DNA of 64,000 bases, taken from assembly GCF_009914755.1 (NCBI RefSeq), contig NC_060947.1; one strand, 5' to 3'. The notes beneath the pieces are model-generated. The model worked only from the letters and a program-made list of their open reading frames with translations, made no database searches and had not been told where the DNA came from. Shown here in pieces: positions 40,379 through 58,090 of the stretch (positions are counted from its first letter, which is position 1; every line of letters begins with the position of its first letter). Position numbers and translations under genes: made by a program. The DNA comes from the human T2T-CHM13v2.0 reference genome, Homo sapiens.

Positions 40379-41866
40379 GTGGGTCTGGAAATAGCTGTTA
40401 CTACCATTAGTGGATGCACAGTTTGAATCCCTGTCTTGGCATGGGAGAGCTTCAGTGCTTCAGCAGTGAGAAGGGTAACAAAAGGAACTCAAATCTATGA
40501 TAATGAAGACATACCCCCTAAATTTCTCCATGTTCTATTGACAAGCCTTTGAGAGTGTTGTTTATTGCCCTTTGGAATGCATAAGTGACAGCCCCAGGAG
40601 ATCCAAACTACCTATTTGAGAAGGATAATTTTCAGCCAGAGCAGACACAGAAACTGCTAACCTCTGAAAGGAACCAGGAGGTAATACATTGGGTGAATTG
40701 ATCATTTTGGGTTGGTGTGGCAACACTGATCATGGGCTCATTCTGGTTTTGGAAGGATGGTCCTGCTTTTCCTTCCCTTTCTGTTCAGTCTACCACTTGT
40801 AAAAAACCTTCACAGTTTGGTTAGTGTGTTCTCTTGGATGTTTCTGTAATTGTGGTTAAGTTTCTTTTCCTCCTGGCCCTGCTCAGTGAGCTTCTGTGAG
40901 GCATTATGAGATCCTAACAGCTTCATTGAAAGCTGCTTTGAAACCCATCACAGAAGAGCTGAGAAGAACACAATCTTTCAAGGGTTTAATAATTCATGGT
41001 TGTAATTTCCTCATAACCAGTAACAGCATCACATTTCTTTCTAGACTTTTCTTGTTATACTGGATTGGGCTTTTAAATCAAAACTCCTGAATTACTTTAT
41101 CTAAGAAATCCTTGAGATTCTGTTGGACTGATATTACTAAGATGATAATGATAAAGATTTCTTTCTTCCTGTGTGTGGAGGCCTTTTCTACACAATGCCA
41201 TCAGGACAGTGTAAAGTCCACATAAACTCTCAGAAACGTCTTCAGTCTCAGCACTTCTAGTCTAGTTTTAATGGGCATTACTTTTAAAAGGCAATGACAT
41301 GTAAAAATCTCTCCTATTGTCCCATGTTAGTCCCAGAGTCTTGAAGATTCACTGATTTTGTATGACATTTTGAAATTTTAGGGTCAAGGACAATTTTAAA
41401 TATAGTTGGAATTTTATTTGATAGTTCAGCTTAATTTCTTTTTGCTTTATTAAAAATTGTGGGGCACAAGATTTTGAGGGACATTCTATTAAAAAATCAT
41501 AGGAGGAGTAAGACTGGAACAAACAATCACAAAAATTCCTGAACGTTTTTCTTGCATCAAGAATTCTTCATGAATCCTATCTTAATAATAAGTGGAAATA
41601 AAAATAATGAGGTAGGAATGGTTCCTGAATGTAAGGATCTCATTCTGGGGTTGAAATTTGTTGAAACAAAGTTTTGGAGAGCCCACCCACCAGACTAAGC
41701 CCAGAGGGCAGGGAAACTGTCTACTTTATTTTTGTGAATGACTAAAAGAGATATGGTCAAGTTTTGTTTCTGACATCTCTCAATCCATTAATGTACATGA
41801 GGTTTGGCTGTATTGAATGAGTAATCTGAGGACCTGGGCATTCATGTGCTAAAAAATTGCTTAATT

Positions 41867-42117
41867 CTGGGAGGCCAAGGTGGGAGGATTGCTTGAACCC
41901 AGGAGTTCGAGACTAGACTGGGCAACATGGTGAAACCCCATCTCTACAAAAAATACAAAAATTGGCCGGGCATGATGGTATGTGCCCGTAGTCCCATCTA
42001 CTCAGGAGTCTGAGATGGGAGGGTCGCTTAAATCAAGGAGGTGGAGGTTGCAGTAAGCCAAGATCATGCCACTGCATACCAACCTGGGTGGCAGAGTAAG
42101 ACTATATCCAGAAAAAA
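41867..42117 (+). mobile_element. Alu, AluJ-like, 5'-truncated
   Basis: gggaggccaaggtgggaggattgcttgaacccaggagttcgag. Degenerate TSD aaaaaattgcttaatt / aaaaaatttttacttaatt. Confidence 0.9.
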
Positions 42118-42484
42118 TTTTTACTTAATTATTATTATTTTTTATTTTGTTTTCATTTTTTGTGTGTTCTAAGCTTAATTGGTGACACATGTGACATCTC
42201 AAATCATGAGATTGCTCCTCAGTTTTTAAAAACACTACATAATATTCCCCTGCACAAACGTGCTCAAAGCATTTAACCACCTTTTACCCATATGGTAGCA
42301 TTTTCTTGGTTTTAGTTATTATAAACAAATCTCATACAAACAGTTTCCATATATATATTTGCTTATATGTATGAATTTTTAAGAATGGTTTCTTAAAAGT
42401 GTAATTGCTGGATCTAAAGATATCTGTGCCTACATCCTTCAAAGTGAAATTAACCAAGAATAAAGTTAATTTAACAAGAGTCCT

Positions 42485-43930
<1,446 letters not shown>

Positions 43931-44249
43931 GGACTCAATTCCAGCAATCAGAGGGGCCATTTTAATTTTCTTATATATAATGGGTAAGGAGTTTATTTGG
44001 GGGAAATCTGCTTTGGCATGTTGGTCACAGAATAACTGTAACGTTGGACTACAAGGGGACTCTATGGGTCTTAGAGTTCATTTCTCTGACTCTAGAGTGT
44101 CAGAATGCTTTTCCCTTCCTTTCTTTTAAGGTACATGGATGTCCTTGTTCTCTGTTCCTTAAGGAAAGGTTGAAATTCATGACCTTTTGGCATTTGCTGA
44201 GGCTCAGTTTGAGTAACATTGGCAAGTGTCTGGTTTAACTAATTGTTGA

Positions 44250-44505
44250 GAAGCAAGAGAATATGTGGTTAAGAGAGTAGACTCTGAAGCTGGACTACAT
44301 GGGTTCAAATCCCAGCTCCACTCCTTCAAAGCTGTATGACTCTGGACAATTTATTGAATTTTCTTTTCTTCATCTGCTATGGAGTGGAGATAAAAGCAGT
44401 ACTGATTGCATCAGGTTGTTGACAAAACTAAGAAAGTCAAGGTGTGCAGGCACTGAGAACTGTGCTTTGCACATGGTTAGCCTCTGATAATTATTGGCTA
44501 TTATT
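44250..44505 (+). mobile_element. MIR
   Basis: gtggttaagagagtagactctgaagctggac..gggttcaaatcccagctccac. Confidence 0.85.
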
Positions 44506-44759
44506 GGCTATTTTATTGATACTATAATTGGATCAGAGTAGGAGGTATGTGTTAATTTCTTTCAAGTAGGTGAAAACCTGTGCCTGAATCTGTGAAGTGC
44601 TGGGTCAGGGTAAAGTATACAGCTGACCAAGCAATGCTGTGTGTCTCTGCATGGTCAAAGATGTCTATTAAGGTTCTTTTGTTGTTGTTGTTGTTGTTGT
44701 GGCTTCTTTTTGTTATGCAGAAAAGTAGAGAAAAAATTGACCAATAATCTTATTATCCA

Positions 44760-45500
44760 GATTCATTCATTTATTACACAGCAGTCACTATTCTAGGCCC
44801 TTGAGTTTCATCAGTAAACAAAAAGTTACCAGGACCTTATGTTTCAATGGAGAGAGACAAATCCTAAATAATAAACACAATACATTTGACGAAATTACAA
44901 AACATGTTAGGAGGTAGTAAGTGCTGTGGGCAAAAAGAAACTAGAGCAAGGTGAAGGTGATCCAGAGATTTGGGGCGGGGTTACTATTTTAAATGGGGTG
45001 GTCAGGTGGGCCTCACTGAGGAAGTGGCATTTGAGCAAAGATTGGAAAGAGGTAAGGGTAAATTACATAGACTGCTGGAGGAAGAGTGTTCCAGTGGAGA
45101 GAAACAGAGCTAGTGCAAAGGCCCTGAGGTGAGAGCATGCCTGGTGTGATCCGGGGATGGCAAGGAGGCCAGGGTGGTGGATGAGGAGTTAGCAAGGAGG
45201 AGAGTAGGAGGATAAGAGGCCAGCAAGGAGAAATGGCAGTGGGGCGGATCACCTAGGGTCTAGTAGGCCATTGTGAGGACTTTGCCTTTTGCTCCGAGTG
45301 GAGTGGGTAGTCATTGAAGGCTTTTAAGCCCAGGAGAAACATGATTGATTTAGAGTTTAAAAGGATCACTTTGGGTATTGTGGCAAGAAGAGACTGCGGG
45401 AGAGGCAAGAGGGGTAGAAGCCAGGAGACCAAGTAGGAGGCTTTTGCAGTAATCCTGGTGAGAGACAGTGGTGGTCTGGTAAAAGTATTGAGAAGTAGAG
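44760..45500 (-). mobile_element. L2
   Basis: attcattcatt start; gtgcaaaggccctgaggtg; gtaggccattgtgaggactttg; aaggatcactttggg. Confidence 0.85.
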
Positions 45501-46157
45501 CTGTTGATGGTTGTTTCATGTCTGGGGCTAGGCATGCAACTCATACAGAAGGGTACAACATTGAAAAGAACAAGAAAGCCCTCCTCTCCGCTCTCACTCT
45601 GCCAGACTTGCTCCAGACTTTTGCAAAACCATTGAATGTTGAGGAAGTAGGCACTTCTCCTACGGTCTTGTTGATTAATCTGCTGTCTTGGAAAAATTTA
45701 AAAAGTGTCCTAACTAATACTCTTTTTAAAAAATCAAGATATAATTTACATGCAGTGAAATGTACAGATCTTGATGAGTTTTAACAGCTGTATCCACCTG
45801 CATAACATACAACCCTATTAAGATAGAGAACATTCTCCTCACACCAGGCAGGTAATACTACTTTCAGGTAGGAAAGCAGTATTTGAACTCTGATAGCCTA
45901 GCACTATCCCCTACCAAGGTTGTTGTGTGAACATGGGCACAGAAGAAGATAATTCCATGGGGGGCTTCTGGGCTTTCGACCAAGACTAAGAATTAGTGAT
46001 TCCATTTATAAGATATCCAAGACAAATTGAAATAGTGGAGTTTCCTCACTTTTGGTCTGATGGTGTTGGGCTGTTTATGACATCATCGTGCTGGATTTTA
46101 GGGAGAATCAGGTTTTTGACAAGGATAAAAATCTAGCCTCAGAGGTGCCAGGGGTAA

Positions 46158-46529
<372 letters not shown>

Positions 46530-47859
46530 TAACATTTTTAAAAAAAATGAAAAAAAAAAAAGACCTTGATACTCTCTGGTACATTTCTAAGTAGCAGGAA
46601 ATACTGATTTGCAAACTGTGTTTTCAGCTCATGCTGATGCTTGAAGCCTGGATGGAGGACAAAATTGCTTAGAATTGGATTTATGACTGTCCTATCTAAG
46701 TGCATTCAGATGTGTGAAATAAGAAGCCCTATTCTAGAGTTCAGTTACTCTTGATTTTTCCTACTAGAAATCTAAGGGAAGGAAGAGGTAGTAGCTGTGA
46801 GGACAAATGACAGCCCATGAGATCTAATGTTCATTAGAATATAACATCAATATTTATGTTTCTCTCCAGTCTACATCTGGACTCTGTTCCTTGAGCCTGT
46901 ATTTATATTTTAATAATGCGAGGAAAGCTTTATTTTCCTTTTAAATTTTGTGTCAGAGTTCTGCTACCTCAGCCCACCCCCTCCCCACCCCTGAAGTGAT
47001 TCATTTACAAGATGGCGCATGTTTATTGAGAGTTTGATTCTAGAGATTAACTTCAAGAAGTGCATCATGAAGTGCAGCAGGAATAAATACCACAGAAATC
47101 CTTTTCCATGTGAGAAGTCATAGGGCTTTCTGCTGCATAAACAGGAGAGACGGAGGCTTCAAAGTTTGCGGCAATGTGGGGGAGAAGTGGGAAAACCTAG
47201 AAGAGACATTGGGAAGGGTTCCCTGGAAGATTTTCAAACAGTATCACTTGTGTTAAATGCCTTTGGTATGAGAAAAGAGATGTTGGAACCCTGCTCAGGT
47301 ATCAGATGTCACCCAGTACTCATCTGGCAAACTTTTAGCCTTTGCTAATTAAAACTAATCCAATTGCATGAAGAAAAATATATTGCGTAAGCTTGCCTCT
47401 TGTGTGGCTTTATTTTAACCCTTTGCCCCATATCCTAATACCAGCGAATCTCAGGCTGGTTATAGGGTAGAAGACGATAATGAGAAATGGGGTTCACTTA
47501 CAAATAAATTTCAGTCAAGACAATGAGTGGAGCAGGCTGTTAAGAATATTGGCTTGTAAATGTAAAATTGAAGCCCTTCTGGGTTTTCTTGATTGATTTG
47601 TCAATTCAAAGGTTTTAGTGGCTGTTGAGTGGGAAGGAAAATTAAAACAAACAAACAAACAGACAGACAGACACCCTCTTTTAATTATCAATTTATGCTT
47701 TGCTGTCTTTCCAAGTTGCTTTGTGTGCTTCTCTGTGGCCCGGCCAGCCTGGTTGGATCAAGCTTTGCATTTTTAAATCTTAGGTTCAAGGTTTGTTCTC
47801 TGAGGGACTGGAGTTTTGTCATGATCACATGCTTGTGTTCCTAACCTGAATGAACTTTC

Positions 47860-48060
47860 TAGTTAAGAGTATATCTCAGTCTTTGATTCTCTCAGTTCCA
47901 CCACTTACCAGCTGTGTGACCTTGGACAAATTCTTACCTCAGTTTGCATATCTGTGAAATGGAGATACTATTGGTACTCATTTTATAGAGTTGTGTAGAT
48001 TAAGTGATTAATCCATGGACAGTGCCAGCAGTGTATGGCATATACACAGTATACATACTA
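47860..48060 (+). mobile_element. MIR
   Basis: ccaccacttaccagctgtgtgaccttggacaa...cctcagtttgcatatctgtgaaatgg. Confidence 0.85.
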
Positions 48061-48501
48061 TGGGCTAATACATGTAAGCCATTGATAGTACTACTTTTGT
48101 TGTTGTTTTATCATTATTATTATCAAGAGGCTTGGGTAAAGGATGTAGGTATAAAAATGGATAAAACCCAGCCCTGTGACTTCTGAACCAGTGTAAACGT
48201 TTTGGTCAGCTGGATCCATGGTGAAATGGGAAGAGAAGAATGCTGCCCATTTTCTGACTTGGCTCGTCTAACTCATGTTGTGAAGCACTGCAAGAACAAT
48301 TTAGCATCTGGCTGCCATGACACTCTCATTCTTGGGGAGTGTGTACTTCTGCTGATGGGTGGAGGAGGTCTGGATGTGAATATTTGCCATCATGGAAGTG
48401 GTGGTGTAGAAATGCAAGCACCCATGCGTTTGCTTTGTGAGACTGTCTGTATCTTTTCCTATAATGACGATATCCTCTCCTATAATGACATGTCTTCTCT
48501 T

Positions 48502-48988
48502 TGTAGTCAGATATCAGGCATGGAACAGCTAGCAGAGGGGAGATTATGGATCTGGCATGGCAGAGAATGCCTAGGTGTTCACCAACTCCTTCCCTTTTGC
48601 TCCTGGGTGCATGGCTAGACTACATTTCCCAGCCTCCCTTGCAGTTAGTTGCAACTTTGTGACAGAGTTCTGTCCAATGGAATGTGGAAGTAATAATTGC
48701 TCCAATTGTAGGAAGGCCATATAAAAGCTCCTAAGCAACCCTCTGTAGTTTGTTTCTGTAGTTTGTTTCTTCCCCACTCTGCTGGCTGCATGCAGAGGGT
48801 TCAACAGATGATTCCGAGGCCCTAAGGGATGGTAGGGCCACCGTATGGAAAGAGCCTGGGTTCCTGAATCACCACATGAAAGGCTATCTGCCAACACTTG
48901 ATTTGATTTCATGTGAGGAACAAGTAAACTTTTATTGTGAGATTTAGGGGATATTTGTTACAGCAGTTAGCCAACCATGACTAACACA
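48502..48988 (+). mobile_element. MaLR solo LTR, MLT1I/J-like
   Basis: ctacatttcccagcctcccttgcagttag..gagttctgtccaatggaatgtg...tttgttacagcag..tgactaacaca. Confidence 0.8.
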
Positions 48989-49299
48989 GAGGTACAGTGC
49001 TGGGAGCAAAAAGGACCAGTTTTCCTGAAAATGCGCAGATGACAAAGTTACTCCAAAGTATTTGATGTTCCTTCTCTGAATAAAGGATGTACTAAACTGC
49101 AGAGTTTTCTTTTTTGAGAGATACAGAATTCCTATGTGTGACCGGAAGCCATGTAACAGCTTTCCTTGAGTAAGCAAATGGAAATAAAAACTTGTTAGCA
49201 GAGTTCCAGTTTCTAGAGAAATGTTGCTACCAAAAGAATTCATTCTGCCTCTCTCCCTTTCTCTCTCTCTTCATATATAAGTGATATAGATTGATTTGT

Positions 49300-49780
49300 G
49301 ACATGCTTAAAACCTAATTATAATGCAAATAACGAATGTGCACAAATCATGTGTGTACAGCCTCAATGAATTTTTGCAAACTGAACACAGATTTAAAACT
49401 AGTACCTGGGACAAGATACAGAACATTTTCAGCCCTCTAGAAATCCTGCCAATGTTCTCTTCTGATCCTGCCTTCCCAAGGGTAGCCATCATCCTGACCT
49501 CTGACAGCATAGATTACATTGGCCTGTTTTGGAATCATATAGTATGTGCCTTTTCTATATCTAGATTTCTATATGTAAATTATATTTCATGATCCATTCA
49601 TGTTGTTGCATGTAGTTGTAGTTCATTTATTTTCATTGCTGTATAGTATTCCTTTGTATGAGTATACCATGGTATGGGCATCTGGATAATTTCCATTGTG
49701 GGCTATTTTGAATAATGCTGCTGTGAATATTCTAGTTCCTGTCTTTTGCTGAATATACCTACACATTTCTGTTGGGTTAA
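49300..49780 (-). mobile_element. L1ME-type 3' fragment
   Basis: gtgcacaaatcatgtgtgtacagc; atccattcatgttgttgcatgtag; aataatgctgctgtgaatattc. Confidence 0.75.
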
Positions 49781-52758
49781 AAACTTCTTTCCTTGAAGTT
49801 TTACAAAACTTTGTTCCTCAATAAGACATTTCAAGGCTGTGACAATGACTGTTCTTATTCCTTGCTGTACCTAGACTTTCTGATCTACACCAAGCAAAAG
49901 CTTTGATCTGTTTTTCTGTAATGTAAAAGATTATCACTGATGTTTAATAACAAAGTTCTGGTGCCTAAAATAGCGAAAACCCGATCTACTTAAAAGGAAT
50001 CCCCCCAGCTTTAAAAAAACATTGGAGCATAGTTGTGGGGCCTTTTGATTCACAGACAGTGGCTCCTCACAAAGCCATGTTTCAAATCACTTGCAAACTC
50101 TGTGTAATTGGCGTTTGACATTGGAATCTTTATTGGCACTGCTTCAGCTCTTCCTCTGTGAGGAGAATCCTCTTGGATTTTCAAATTGCATCCTTTCCTT
50201 GGGGAAACAGTGGAGGAGGAAGAGTGATGAGTTCTCTAATCACTTGGTTGGATTAGCCTTAGAGTTATCGGGAGTTGCCTTCTGTAAGTGCCCCTACTAT
50301 CAAGGTTTCATGGAAAATCTAGGCAAGGCAGAACTTCCTCAGAAGGACAAGAGACAAAGAAGTGGGGAGGCCCTCCTATCCATAGCTGAGAGGGTTTATT
50401 CTTGTGGTTCTGCTGTCAGAGCCTTGGATGTCTGATCTGAGATGGAGCAACCCCAGCTAGACAGAACTTTGTAGATTTGGGGGTTTAAAAGGCCTCAAGC
50501 AAATTCTAAAACTTTCTTTGAACCCCCTGGCATAGGCTCAGTTTCCCTGACTCCGTTGCTGAGTTTGAAATACTGGACTCAATGAATAGTACGACATTCC
50601 GCCCCCCCACCGCACCCTCAGCCCCACAGGGTCCCTCACTGTTTGGTTTGAAATGACCATGATTGGAGAATTGAGGGGTGAATGTTTTAGTCTGAGCCTT
50701 TCCCTTCAAGCATATCAGGAATATCTGAAACATCTTTGAGGCCAAAGCAGACCGAAGGCTGCCTTGTGTTTTGATTGAACGTTTAGTTCACTTTGGGCTT
50801 GAGGTGTGTGATGCCTTTACAGTTAAGTCTGAAAAAATGGTCGTGAAAAGCCCCTGGGGGACCTGGCTGCTGAGTGACACACAGCTGGGCCTTTGAAAGT
50901 GGGCTTTTATGATAAATTTGAACATGGTTTTAGACCTTACTATAAGTGCTTCAATTTTTTTCCCCTAACTACAGAATAAGTGAGCTGATTTTTCCATGAG
51001 GGAATTGCTTTGGAACATTAACCAAGATTTTCTTCAAATATAGAGGTGACTATGTAATTTGCTTGTGCCTTTTAAAAACTGATGGAGGCCTAGTGAGGCA
51101 TCTCTGTGAAGTCAGAAGTTAGACAAGGGATGCTTTTCTTCACTTGCCAGGTGTGGAATGCAAATGAGCTTCATGCAGAATAAGAGGCCTTTAAAAATCC
51201 AGGTTGCCTTTGAGGACCTGGTAACTCTTGTTTCGATCCACTGCTTCTCCCAGGTTGCCTATCTTTTCTGTAGGTGACAGCTAAGACCATGGCCTACACT
51301 TTGTTTTCCTTCAACCCCCTAACTTCTTCCTATGGCCAACCCCACCCCCAGTTTTTGGAAGATCGCTGATTTTTTGTCTTAGATGACTGAGTGTTATCAA
51401 CAGGATTCTAAATGTGTTGAGGCAGATACGAAACAAATTCACACATACCACCCCGACATTTCGTGTGTGACTGCCTTCTGCTAGTACAATGTCACGTTAT
51501 TTCACAAGCCCCTCAAAATTCTGTGATGGAAATATTATAATATTCTTTTGATAGATGAGGAAATGAAGGCTCCACTAGTGGCTTTAAGACCACAGTGTTA
51601 AAAAATTGTCTGGTCTTGGATTCAAATGTGGTTCTTGCATCTTCAGTTTGGGCACCTCCTCTGCTCTACCCTGCTTCTCTCTGTCAGCCTACTACTCTTC
51701 CTCCCATCACCACCACCTTATGGCCACTGAGGTGACATTCTCCCTCCCAGTTTATGATGGAGAAACAGAGGCAAAGAAAAAAAAAAAAGACATGAGGACA
51801 ATATCCAGGTGCAACTTTGAATACTCAAAAGGGCTGGGATTAGAACATCTAAGCAAAAAGGCTCATGAATCAAGAGGTACTTCTGGTGCAGCCAGAGCAG
51901 GCATACAACTGGGTTATAAGTTAACACGTGTATTTGGGTGAGGCTGTGGCTGTATGTCTGGTTCTAATTAGTTGCTTAGTTTTCCCCCAAAATAAATAGG
52001 AACATGCTGATTGTCTAAAATAAGTCATTCACTATAGCAGGAGTCATTTTATATATCAAGGCCTTTACTATCTAAAGCCAAAACATTCACCTCATGGACA
52101 CACAAGTTTCTTTTCTAGCTCAGTGGTCACCCTTTTGTATTCTCTAAGGTTGCTTGAAGGCTGGTGTAAATGAACTGTGGGGGACCCCAATTCAGGAACG
52201 AATCAACCCAAATTATAATAGATTGCCATTTTTTTCATTTATTCAGATAGGCCAAGATGAAAAAATGATAATGGTCAAGTTTGGGGTGGGCATAAGGGTA
52301 ATTTTAGACACTACTGATGGAACAATAAATTAGTATACTTTTTCTGGTAGGCAGTTGGCATACACAAAAAGCTGTATGCCAAAGATGTTATTTCAGAATT
52401 TGATCTAAGAAAATAATTGCAAAAGTAAATAACAGAAAATAATATATAAACACTTCAGTGCTGCTTATAAGTAAGAAATATTGGAAATATCCTAAATGAT
52501 TAACAATAGAAAATTGGCTGAACAAACAACATTACTGTGCATTGGTATAGCAAACAACATTACAACTCATTGGTACAGTGAAATACTTTATCACCATTAA
52601 AATGATTATACAAATGGATATTTATTAGCCCAGAAATATGTTTATGATACATTCCAAAGTTAAAATGACTTGTTACCAAATACTGTGCATTTTATTGCAT
52701 GTTTATTAAGAAGATATAAGAATACAGGAAAAAATCTCTGGAAGGGTATATACCAAAT

Positions 52759-53087
52759 CAGTATTTTAAAAACATATTTTGATCATGATCCACTATGAGA
52801 AATACATTTTACATTTGTGAGTCAGTAGACACATGTAGCTGAAACAATAGTTTATTAACAATACTTGTATTTTCTTGTGTGGTACGTTCTGATATATTTA
52901 TTTATTTATTTTCTCTTTTTTACCGTATTATCCTATCCTTTCCTTTCTTACCCTATTCTACTTTATTCTAATTCTATTTCTTTTCTCTTCTCCTTTCTTT
53001 TGTTTCATTTTTTAAAATGCTAGTCATGACCTATTAAGTTGATTTTATGATCTCCTAATGAGCCACAAACCACAGTTTGAAAAACTG
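52759..53087. mobile_element. hAT-Charlie-type MITE (MER class), nested in an L1ME 3' fragment (~52220-53220)
   Basis: Terminal-inverted-repeat-like ends cagtattttaaaaac ... gtttgaaaaactg. Confidence 0.5.
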
Positions 53088-55065
53088 CTCTCAAATGTTA
53101 ACAGTAGTTATGTCTAGCAGGTGGTAAATAACTCTGTTTTGTGAGGAGACAAGATTACTGTGACTTCTCTGTGTTACTTATATGATCCAAAAACTAATGA
53201 AAATTTGAAAAATGGTATAATAATTCCATTTATAAACAAAGTGATGCCCACAGCTTTTTAGGAAGATACTGATTGTATAAAGTAAGATGCCTACTCTGCT
53301 CTACAGTTATTGGGCACTCAGAATGTTCTGGGAACTTTAAAGAACATTATGGCAGGAAAAATATATCCACTGAGACACATAGTTTAAATAATAGAACAAT
53401 AAGAAAATACAACATGACTTTACATATTCAAACTCAAAAGATCATCAGGCATCCATACATATTGCTTTACCCCAGCAATGTTGCATCATGTCTATGGGAT
53501 TTATTTCTATTTCTGATCCAGATTGCATTTTTTTTCATACTCATTCCCCACCTTAAAAAAAAAGCTACTAAATTCACCAGACTTCTTTCTGGCCAGATTA
53601 TCTTGGCTTACAGTACTGTTGAAGTTAGCCTCTTTTAAAGCTAAAGATAAGTTTAAATGGAAGGTAGTCATTAAAAACTTAGATCAGGAAGCAAAAGCTT
53701 TAAAGGAGGATGGGAAGAATCTCTGGCTAGAGCCAGTACACTTCCCTATGGGCTTCCTGCTTTCAGCACAGAGCTGGAAATCTGCAGAACAACCCCAGGA
53801 GCCCCTCCCGGCATGGCCACACAACCAACCGGGTGGCATGTTAAGTGAGCTTTCCCTGGGTCTTCTCTGGGAAAACCTTGATGAATAACAAATTCCACAG
53901 AAATGATGCAACATCACTGGGGTAAAGTGATGTGTATTGGTGCTTGGTGATCTTCTGAGTTTGAAGGTGTAATATTATGTTTTATTTTCTTGTTCTTTGG
54001 GCACCATGAGCTAACTGCCCATGAGGGAGGGTGATCTGCTGGGTTGTGGTTGGGGAGAGGCTGGCTGGCATTTTCAGGGAAAGAGTATGGAGAGAGATGC
54101 TTCCTGCCTTTGAAAGGAATTAATGATAGGAGATAACCGGGGTTGCTTTTCACGATGTAGTAATTTAGTTACTTTTCTTTCAGACTTTATGCTGAGAGTA
54201 ACTTGGCGTTGCTAAAAATGTAATTTGGAGCCCTGGCCTTCTGCTCATGGAGAAGGCTAAGTTCATCCTACCTTTGAAACATTGTGAATAACATATCAAA
54301 GTTATTCATGTGCTCATTGATTTATTCATTGATTATGCAATAACTATCCATTCATGTGGTTGTTTGCTCATCCATTCATCCATCCATCTATCTATCCATC
54401 CATCCACCCATTTTTCCAGGTATCCATTTACATGGTATTTCTTGGCTAGATGCTGTGTGTTGAGGGATGTGGTAATCACTGGGGTGGGAGAAGGGACTCC
54501 ATAAGGAAGAAGCTGTCTGTGTAGTTGAGTTGTTCACTGTCTGGTGAAGCAGATAGGCAAGTAAACAAATAATTGCCACAAAGAGTGGGCAGTGATACAA
54601 AAGGGACCAACCTGTCTTGATTCATGTGAAACTACTTCTCCTCTTCAGGCCTACAATCATGGAATGTTAACCTGAGAGAGGCCTTAGAGAAACTGAAGAA
54701 GATAATGTTTTCCAGACTTTATCTCAAGATCCCTGAGGTGCCATTCCAGGGTGTGAAGGTGGGAGTAGGAGAGAGGAATGAGAGGAAAGCTGAACAGAAG
54801 TTCTGGAGCTTTCTCCAGAACCAGAACAGATTCCTTTTCATCTATTTCATATATTGAGGTTGCTTGTAACCTATCATTTGAGGAAAAGGGTTGGCTGTTT
54901 AATAATAATTGCAAAGCACTTGACCAGTCCCCCATCTTTCCTTGTTTCTCTTGTTTAAAGATCGAGACTCAAAAATGTAAAGTGATTGGCTCAAAGTTGT
55001 AAAATCAGCATGTGAACAATCCAGGAATAAGACTTGGTCTTCTAACTTCATGTGGACATTGCCTC

Positions 55066-55537
55066 TGTATCAGTTAGCTTTTGCTGTGTAACAAATAACC
55101 CTAAAAATCAGTGGCTTTAAACAACCACTGTTTACTTAGCCCATAATTCTATGAGTTGGCAATTTGGGCTGGACTCAGCTGGGTAGCTCTTCTAGTTTCA
55201 GCTGGGCTTGTTCTTGTCTGTGATGAGTTACTGGTTGGCTGGCAAGTCACCTGAGAACTGACTGGTCTAAAGTGGTCTTACCTCTCAGGGTTGGCTGGGT
55301 GTTGGCCAGAGTAATTGGGTTACTGAGTTGATAGTCTCTCTTCTTTAGCAGAATTTCAACAGAGCAGGGAAGCATGCACAGCCTCTTGAGGCCCAGGCTT
55401 AGGGCTGGTCAAAGCAAATCACGAGACCAGTTAACACTTAGGGAGTGAAGAAATAGACTCTACTTCTTGACTGGAGAATTTCAAGGTTTTTGGACACAAG
55501 GAGAGGAGAATTGTTGCCTTTTTTGCTATCTACCACA
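55066..55537 (-). mobile_element. MaLR solo LTR, MLT1G/H-like
   Basis: tgtatcagttagcttttgctgtgtaacaaataaccc...gggctggactcagctggg...tctaccaca. Confidence 0.8.
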
Positions 55538-55573
55538 AGAATACTAAGTTATTGCTATATCTTTTCTTCTTAA

Positions 55574-56149
<576 letters not shown>

Positions 56150-56902
56150 TGATTCTGTTAGGTGTCTCTGAGGGATAAATTTATCCTCATCATTTCCACA
56201 AACATTTATTGTTGAGTGACTCTTACGTATCATGCACCTCTCTAGATATTGAAGATACAAATAAGTCTAAGATAGACCCCTAACTTCAGGTAACTCACAG
56301 TCTGGCAGGGAAGGAAGAAAGATACGGATTGTTACAGTGAAATAAGATGGGGAAGATGGCTGGAAATTGAATTTTTTCAGTGGTCATTGTTTTCTTTGTA
56401 ATAAGAAGGTGTGGTTGTATGATCACCCAAATGGATGTAGGAATGGCATTTGACAAAATTCAGATCTTTTCATGACAAAAACACTTAACAAACTAGGAGT
56501 AGAAGGGAATTTCCTCAATCTGATGAAGTACATCTATGAAAGACTTACAGCTGACATCATACTTAACAGTGAAAGATTGAATGCTTTCCCCCTAAGATTG
56601 GAAACAAGACAGGCTGTCCATTCTTGCCAATTATATTTAATATTATGCTGCAGATTCTAGCCAGAGCAATTGGAAGAAAAAGAAATAAAGGCATCCAATT
56701 GGAAAAGCAGAAGTAAAAGCATCTTTACTCACAGATGACATAATCTTGTATGTAGAAAATTCTAAGGAATCCACAAAAATTATTAGAACTAATAAATGAG
56801 TTTAGGAAGCTTTTAGGATACAAGATCAATACACAAAATTCAACTGTATTCTATACACTAGCAATGAACAATCAGAAAAAGAAATTAAGAAAACAATTCT
56901 AA

Positions 56903-57307
<405 letters not shown>

Positions 57308-58090
57308 TCAAAGTTCATTGAAGGAACATAAAGAAGATTAAATAAATAGAAAGACATCTTGCGTTCGCGGATCAGAAGATTCAACGTTTGCGAGATGGCT
57401 ATACTCCCTAAATCAATATACAGATTCAATGCAATCCATATCAAAATCCCAGCTGACTTTTTTGCAGTAATTGACAAAGTGATCCTAAAATTAATGTGGA
57501 AAGGGAAGGAACCCAAAATAGCCAAAAAACAGTCTTGAAAAAGAAGGACAAAGTGGGAGAACTCACACTTCCCAGTTTTGAAACTTATTACAAAACTACA
57601 GTAATCAAGACAGTGTGGAGCTGGTGTAAGGATGCAGATATAGATCAATGGAACAGAGTCAAAACTCCAGAAATAAGTTTTTACATTTATGATCAGTTGA
57701 TTATCGATAAGGGTGCCAAGACAATTCAATGGGGGGAAACAATAGTCTTTTCAACAAATGGTGCTGGGACAGCTGAATATCCACATGCAAAAGAATGAGG
57801 TTGGGCCCCCTCCTTATATCATCACAACATTTAACTCAAAAGCAGTCATAGCTTTAAACTTAAGAGTTAAAACTATAAAGCTCTTATAAGCAAAGTAAGT
57901 CTTTATGACCTTGGATAGGGCAATTAATTCTTAGATATGAATCTTACAGTACAAGTGACAAAAGAAAAAATAAATAGGACTTCATAGAAATAAAGAACTT
58001 TGTCCTTCAAAGGATGCCATAAACAAAGTGAAAAGTCAACCCACAAAATGGGAGAAAGTATTTGCAGGTCATTTACCTGAAAAGGCACTT

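Noticed and set aside
48457-48499. Imperfect 21-nt tandem duplication (TCCTATAATGAC x2)
   Set aside because: Two copies only; ordinary slippage with no array structure.
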